Shown here piece after piece: positions 59,543 to 64,000 of a stretch of DNA of 64,000 nt. Below the pieces are notes generated by a model that had not been told where the DNA came from, ran no database searches, and saw only the letters and a list, made by a program, of their open reading frames with translations. Source of the DNA: Ostreococcus lucimarinus (Eukaryota). Within the stretch, counting starts at the first letter, position 1. Each line of letters opens with the position of its first letter. The translations under genes and the position numbers were made by a program. Location of the stretch: NCBI GenBank assembly GCA_000092065.1, contig CP000593.1; one strand, written 5' to 3'.

Positions 59543-60484
59543 CTACACGGTTTTCAAAACCTTCGCGTCTTTCGTCTCTCTGGACGACGACTCAAAGTAC
59601 CTCCTCGTGGTTTCGATGACGGTGAAGTAAATCACCCCGCCCAAACCGATTTCCAGCGCGCGCGGCGCCGCGCCGCGAAAGAAAAACGACATCCCGAACC
59701 TCTCCTTCAGTCGTTTCAACCCCGCCAATCCCTTTGGATGCGTCTTGAGATCGATTCCCATCGAAGACGCGCACACGTGCGCCGTGCGCGAGACGTCAAA
59801 CGGCGTCGTCACCAATCCCGTGAGACCGCCCGCGACGCCGCCGATGATCGCCGTCTGTCGCTTCCCCAGCGCTCTCTTCTTCTTCGTCTTCTTCCCGCTC
59901 TCGTCCGCCGCCGCGCCCTCGATCGCCAGCGTCGCTCGTTTCATCGCCTCGAACGCGCTCATCTGGATCGTGTCGAACGGCAGTTCCCTCGCCAGAAAGC
60001 TTCCGAATCCCGCGAACAGCTCTCCTCGTCTCGCCGACAGCCTCGCCGCCGTCGCCAGGCTCAACCGCGACACTTGCATTCGCCGCGCGATCAGCTCCAT
60101 CGGCGCCAGCACCGCGCTCGACGCCAGCGCGCCGAGCATCGCCGCGATCGACGGGTCCAACCCGAGCGTGCTCTTCGCGCACTCGTACGCCGACATGAAC
60201 AACGCGGTGCCCGGCGCCGCGCCGAGCAGCTCCGCCGCGACGCCGCCGTACAGCCGGTCCGCGGTCAATCGCCCGCCCGCCTGCGCGCGCGTCTTGAGCG
60301 TGTTCAGCGGGAACAGCACGAGCTGGCACGCGATGCCGGCGCACGCGCCGCTCGCGATGCCGACGCGGAGGGAACGCGCGAACGACGGCGGTCGGTCGGT
60401 CGCCGACGACGAAGCGTCGCGGCGCGTTTCGCGGCGCGCGCGCGCGCGATCGGCGTCGGCAGGGACGCGGGAGGGAGGCGGCAT
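59543..60484 (-). CDS. Mitochondrial carrier family protein
   Basis: Three carrier repeats (FPLNTLKTRAQ, APMELIARRMQ, TPFDVSRT...); six hydrophobic helices. Confidence 0.8.
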   Translation of the reverse strand: MPPPSRVPADADRARARRETRRDASSSATDRPPSFARSLRVGIASGACAGIACQLVLFPLNTLKTRAQAGGRLTADRLYGGVAAELLGAAPGTALFMSAYECAKSTLGLDPSIAAMLGALASSAVLAPMELIARRMQVSRLSLATAARLSARRGELFAGFGSFLARELPFDTIQMSAFEAMKRATLAIEGAAADESGKKTKKKRALGKRQTAIIGGVAGGLTGLVTTPFDVSRTAHVCASSMGIDLKTHPKGLAGLKRLKERFGMSFFFRGAAPRALEIGLGGVIYFTVIETTRRYFESSSRETKDAKVLKTV

Positions 60485-60661
60485 GCGCGCTCGACCCGGG
60501 CGTCGCCGTGCGCGCCGCGCGCGCGCGGCAGGGGCGCGGAGTGGCGCGCGATGGCGCGGCGATGGACGACGGGCGACGCCGCGAGCGAACGCGCGAGAGG
60601 GACGGAGACGCGAAGGAACGAATGCGCGGTCTTAGCGTTGAAACCGAGGCGCGTCGCGCGA

Positions 60662-63425
60662 TCACTCGAGCGACTTGGAGACGATCTCGAAGACGTTTTC
60701 GCTCAGACCCGTCTTGGCGGCGATGCGCTCGAGCTGCGCCTTCATCGCCGACGCGCGCGTCGGCTCGAATTTGCGCCAACGCGTAAACGCGGACACCATG
60801 CGAGAGGCGACTTGGCCGTTGAGATCGTCGAGCTCGAGGACGATGTCGGCGAGGAATTCGTAACCGGAGCCGTCGATGGCGTGAAAGTTGGTGGGAGAGG
60901 CGCAGAAACCACCGATGAGGGAGTACACTTTGTTGGGGTTCTTGATGTCGAAGGCGGAGCCGGCGGCGAGCGCGCGAACGTTGGCGAGGTTGTTCGGGAG
61001 CGACGACGCGGCTTGGATGCTGAGCCATTTGTTCATGACGAGCGGGTCGTGCGACCACTCGGCGTAAAACGCATCGATGGCTTTGATGCGTTCGTCGCAG
61101 TCTTTGCCGCTGAGCGCGCTCAGGGCGGCAATCTTATCCGTCATGTTGTCCGCGGCGACGTAGCGCTCGTACGTCATCGCGGCGATTTCCGGCGCGTCCA
61201 AATACGACAAATATCCGATGCACGCGTTTTTCAGCGATCGCGCGGCGCGATCGGCGGGTTCGTTCGAATACACCGCGGCGCTGTTCGCTTGCGCCGTGGC
61301 TTCCAACTCAGCGCGAAGCTCCGTGGCGAGCGTCTTCATGACAAAGTCGCGAGCGGCGTGCACGGCGGCGGGATCCACCGTGCCCTCTTCGAGCATGTCG
61401 CTCAGCTCGCCCTCGGAAGGCACCATCATGGCGCGCGCGATGAACGCCTTGTCCGCGTCGGCAGCCTTGGCGCCCGAAAGAATCGTGCGCATCGCCGCCG
61501 TGATGGCGTCGTTCATCTTGAATGACTGCTCGCCGCCCTTGATCAGATCCAGGCAGAGGTTTCTGAGCAGCGTCTGCCCAGCCTCCCATCGGTTGAACGC
61601 GTCCGAGTCGTTCGCCATGAGGAACAACAAGTCGTCTTGCGTCAAGTTGGTCGTCAAACGCACGGGCGCGCTGAAGTTGCGCAAGATGCTCGGCACGGGC
61701 TTGGCGTCGACGCCGGTGAAAGTGTACGTCGCCGAGGCTTGATCGAAACGAAGCACCGCCGTCGTGCCGTGGGATTTGCCGTCGATCGTGAGGTTCATGT
61801 CTGCACCGTCGGGACCAACGAGACCAACGGCGATCGGGCACAAGACCGGAACCTTGGAGTCTTGACCGGGCGTTTTCGGAACCACTTGCGAGCATTCGAG
61901 GGTGAACGTCTTCGCGGCGGCGTCGTAAGACCCGTTCGCGGTGACGCGCGGCGTACCCGCTTGGGAGTACCAGGGCTTGAACGTGGACAAGTCCGCACCG
62001 TTGGCGTCGCACATGGCGGCGAAGAAATCCTCCGTCGTCACCGCTTGACCGTCGTGACGTTCAAAGTACAAATCCATCCCCTTGCGGAACCCATCCTTGC
62101 CGAGGAGCGTCTCGTACATGCGCACGACTTCCGCTCCCTTTTCGTAAACTGTCACGGTGTAAAAGTTATCCATCTTAATGTACGATTCCCGGGCGAATCC
62201 GGTGCGCCATCGGACCCGCGTCTTGGGCGAATTGCGCCATGCGAAGGCGCGAGACGTCGCCGATGCGCTTGACGCCTCGCGAGTTCATATCCGCGCTGAA
62301 CTCTTGGTCTCTGTACACAGTCAGCCCTTCCTTGAGGGACAGTTGGAACCAATCACGACACGTCACACGGTTTCCAGTGTAGTTGTGAAAGTATTCGTGC
62401 GCCACGACACCTTCAATGGCGGCGTAATCGGCATCCGTGGCGCTCTGCGGCGTCGCCAACACGAGACGCGAGTTGAAAATGTTCAGCGACTTGTTCTCCA
62501 TGGCGCCCATGTTGAAATCGTCCACGGCGACGATGTTGAAAAGCTCCAAGTCGTACTCCAAACCATACGTGTCTTCGTCCCATTTCATGGATTTGATCAA
62601 GCTCGTCATCGCGTGCGCGCACTTGTCCAAGTTGTGCGTCTCGGTGAAGATGCGAAGCGTCACTTCTTTGCCCGTCATCGTCTTGAATTTATCCTCCACC
62701 ATCCCGAGATCACCCGCGACGAGCGCGAAAAGGTAACACGGTTTTGCCCACGGATCTTCCCACACGGTGAAGTGCTTACCACCCTCCAAATCTCCAGAAT
62801 CCACCAAGTTTCCGTTGCCGAGCAGCACCGGATACTTCGTCTTATCCGCCGTGATGCGCGTCGTGAATATCGACATCACATCCGGTCTATCTTGATAAAA
62901 CGTGATTCGTCGGAAACCTTCCGCCTCGCATTGCGTGCAAAAGTTCCCAGACGACTTATAAAGTCCCTCGAGCGCGGTGTTCTCTTGCGGCTTAATCGTC
63001 GTCGTCACTCGCAAATCAAACGCCTCCGTCGGCAGCGCGCGCAGCGTGATCCCCTTCCCCGTCCGTTCGTACGTCGTGAATTTCGCGCCGTCCACCTCGA
63101 TCGCCGCCAACTCCACCGATTCATCGCCGTTCAGGAACAACGATTTCCCATTCGCATCGTTCGCCGGTCGAACTCGAATCGTCGACGTCACCGTCGTCGT
63201 CGCCTCCCCGAGCTCAAAGTCCAAATTCACCCTTTCGAACGCGTACGCCGGTCGCTCGTAATCCTTCAGATATATCGTCTTCGGCGCCTCCGTCGGCGTC
63301 TCCGTCGCCGTCGTCATCGCGCGCGGCTTCACCGCGCTCGTTCGCGACGTCGCGTTCGATGGTTTCGGTCGTGACGTCAGCGCTCGAAACGCCGCGCTCG
63401 CGACGCCTCGCGCGCTCGATCGCAT
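60662..63425 (-). CDS. pepN: Aminopeptidase N (M1 family, PepN-like), reading frame broken by a 1-nt insertion at 62188..62193
   Basis: GAMEN exopeptidase motif and [25 protein letters not shown] zinc motif in ORF 62175..63545. [15 protein letters not shown] and the rest of the PepN C-terminal domains in ORF 60662..62173. First ATG is 63425 (63545 is GTG). Confidence 0.85.
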
Positions 63426-63698
63426 CGTCGGCGCCGACGCTCGCTCGGGCGTCGTCTCGGGGATTCGTCGCGGCGCGCGCGAGCGTCCGGGCGCGCGTCG
63501 TCGTCGCGCTGTGCGGCGCCGAGCGCGACTGCGAGCGAAAAGCACACTTTCCAGCGCTTCAAAACGCGGCGACGCGGCGCGCGTCGCGTCGAGCGCGACC
63601 GCGGCGCGCGCGCGCGTCGCGAAGGCTTTATAACGGGCGCGCGCGGCGTCGGCGCGCGGAATCGCCGCGCGACGCGCGCGAAAGACGGCGAAACGTCG

Positions 63699-64000
63699 AT
63701 GGTGGAAAACTCGTCCGCGACGGGGACGACTCGAGAAACGTACGAAAGCGCCAAGCGCGCGCGCGAAGACGCGCGAACGGAGATCGCCATGGATGCCGTG
63801 CGCCGCGCGGGCGACGCAGACGCGTCAACGAGCGCGACGGTGAGGGATGGGGAGGTGTTTTCGAAGAATTTGTACTTTGAGCACCCGTCGACGACGGCGC
63901 GAAGCGCGAGAGCGACGGAAGACGCGATGCGAGCGCGCGGCGTGCGCGTGGTGCGAGGGGCAGATGTGCCCAAAATCGTGACGACGTTCGAGGAGGCGTC
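63699..64000 (+). CDS. DEAD-box RNA helicase (DDX5/Dbp2-like), N-terminal part running off the window
   Basis: Open frame from ATG 63699 to the window end, so not in the ORF track. [47 protein letters not shown] matches the pre-Q-motif region of p68-type helicases (FEKNFY.EHP...ITV.G..(V)PKP...F.EA). Confidence 0.7.
   Translation, partial: MVENSSATGTTRETYESAKRAREDARTEIAMDAVRRAGDADASTSATVRDGEVFSKNLYFEHPSTTARSARATEDAMRARGVRVVRGADVPKIVTTFEEA

Noticed and set aside
62175-62200. Programmed ribosomal frameshift, or a tiny intron, joining the two aminopeptidase N ORFs
   Set aside because: I see no slippery heptamer or downstream structure. The two halves abut with zero missing residues, so an intron cannot fit. 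A 1-nt indel is the simple explanation.
1-64000. Prokaryotic reading of the window (operons, defence islands, RBS-led genes)
   Set aside because: Spliceosomal introns with branch sites and exclusively eukaryotic gene families (BUB3, CDC20, CCT6, eIF3e, DENN, SPCS3, tafazzin, mitochondrial carriers) show that this is nuclear DNA.

Overview
This is eukaryotic nuclear DNA: very GC-rich, gene-dense, with few short spliceosomal introns. Gene content (EFL instead of EF-1alpha, CYP97, ELIP, fibrillin, a chloroplast-type NFACT protein, many mitochondrial carriers) points to a prasinophyte green alga of the Micromonas/Ostreococcus type; that assignment is inference from content only. I support about 45 protein-coding genes, mostly housekeeping. 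Four have first exons the ORF track cannot show (CCT6, Xaa-Pro aminopeptidase, MLH1, eIF3e), and I rebuilt those by hand. Many ORF-track 'M' starts are really GTG/TTG/CTG, so I moved starts to the first in-frame ATG. The standout is 41.5-47.7 kb. A 223-bp direct repeat (two mismatches) begins inside the D-loop of an intron-containing tRNA-Asn(GUU) gene. It brackets a visibly AT-richer ~5.9-kb island. The island carries a GIY-YIG nuclease-like ORF, orphan ORFs with AT-rich short introns, and a divergent COG0523 zinc-chaperone / ZIP transporter pair. The 560-bp promoter between that pair holds five perfect copies of RTGTCGACAY, the land-plant zinc-deficiency response element. The same decamer sits just 3' of the tRNA in both repeat copies. 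I read this as a tRNA-targeted, possibly acquired zinc-scavenging island under ZDRE-type control, but no integrase is recognisable. Lesser points are a 1-nt frameshift splitting aminopeptidase N, a probable GC-AG intron, a TraB-Lon-N fusion and several promoter repeats. No rRNA or CRISPR was seen. All calls come from reading the sequence by eye; no searches were run.
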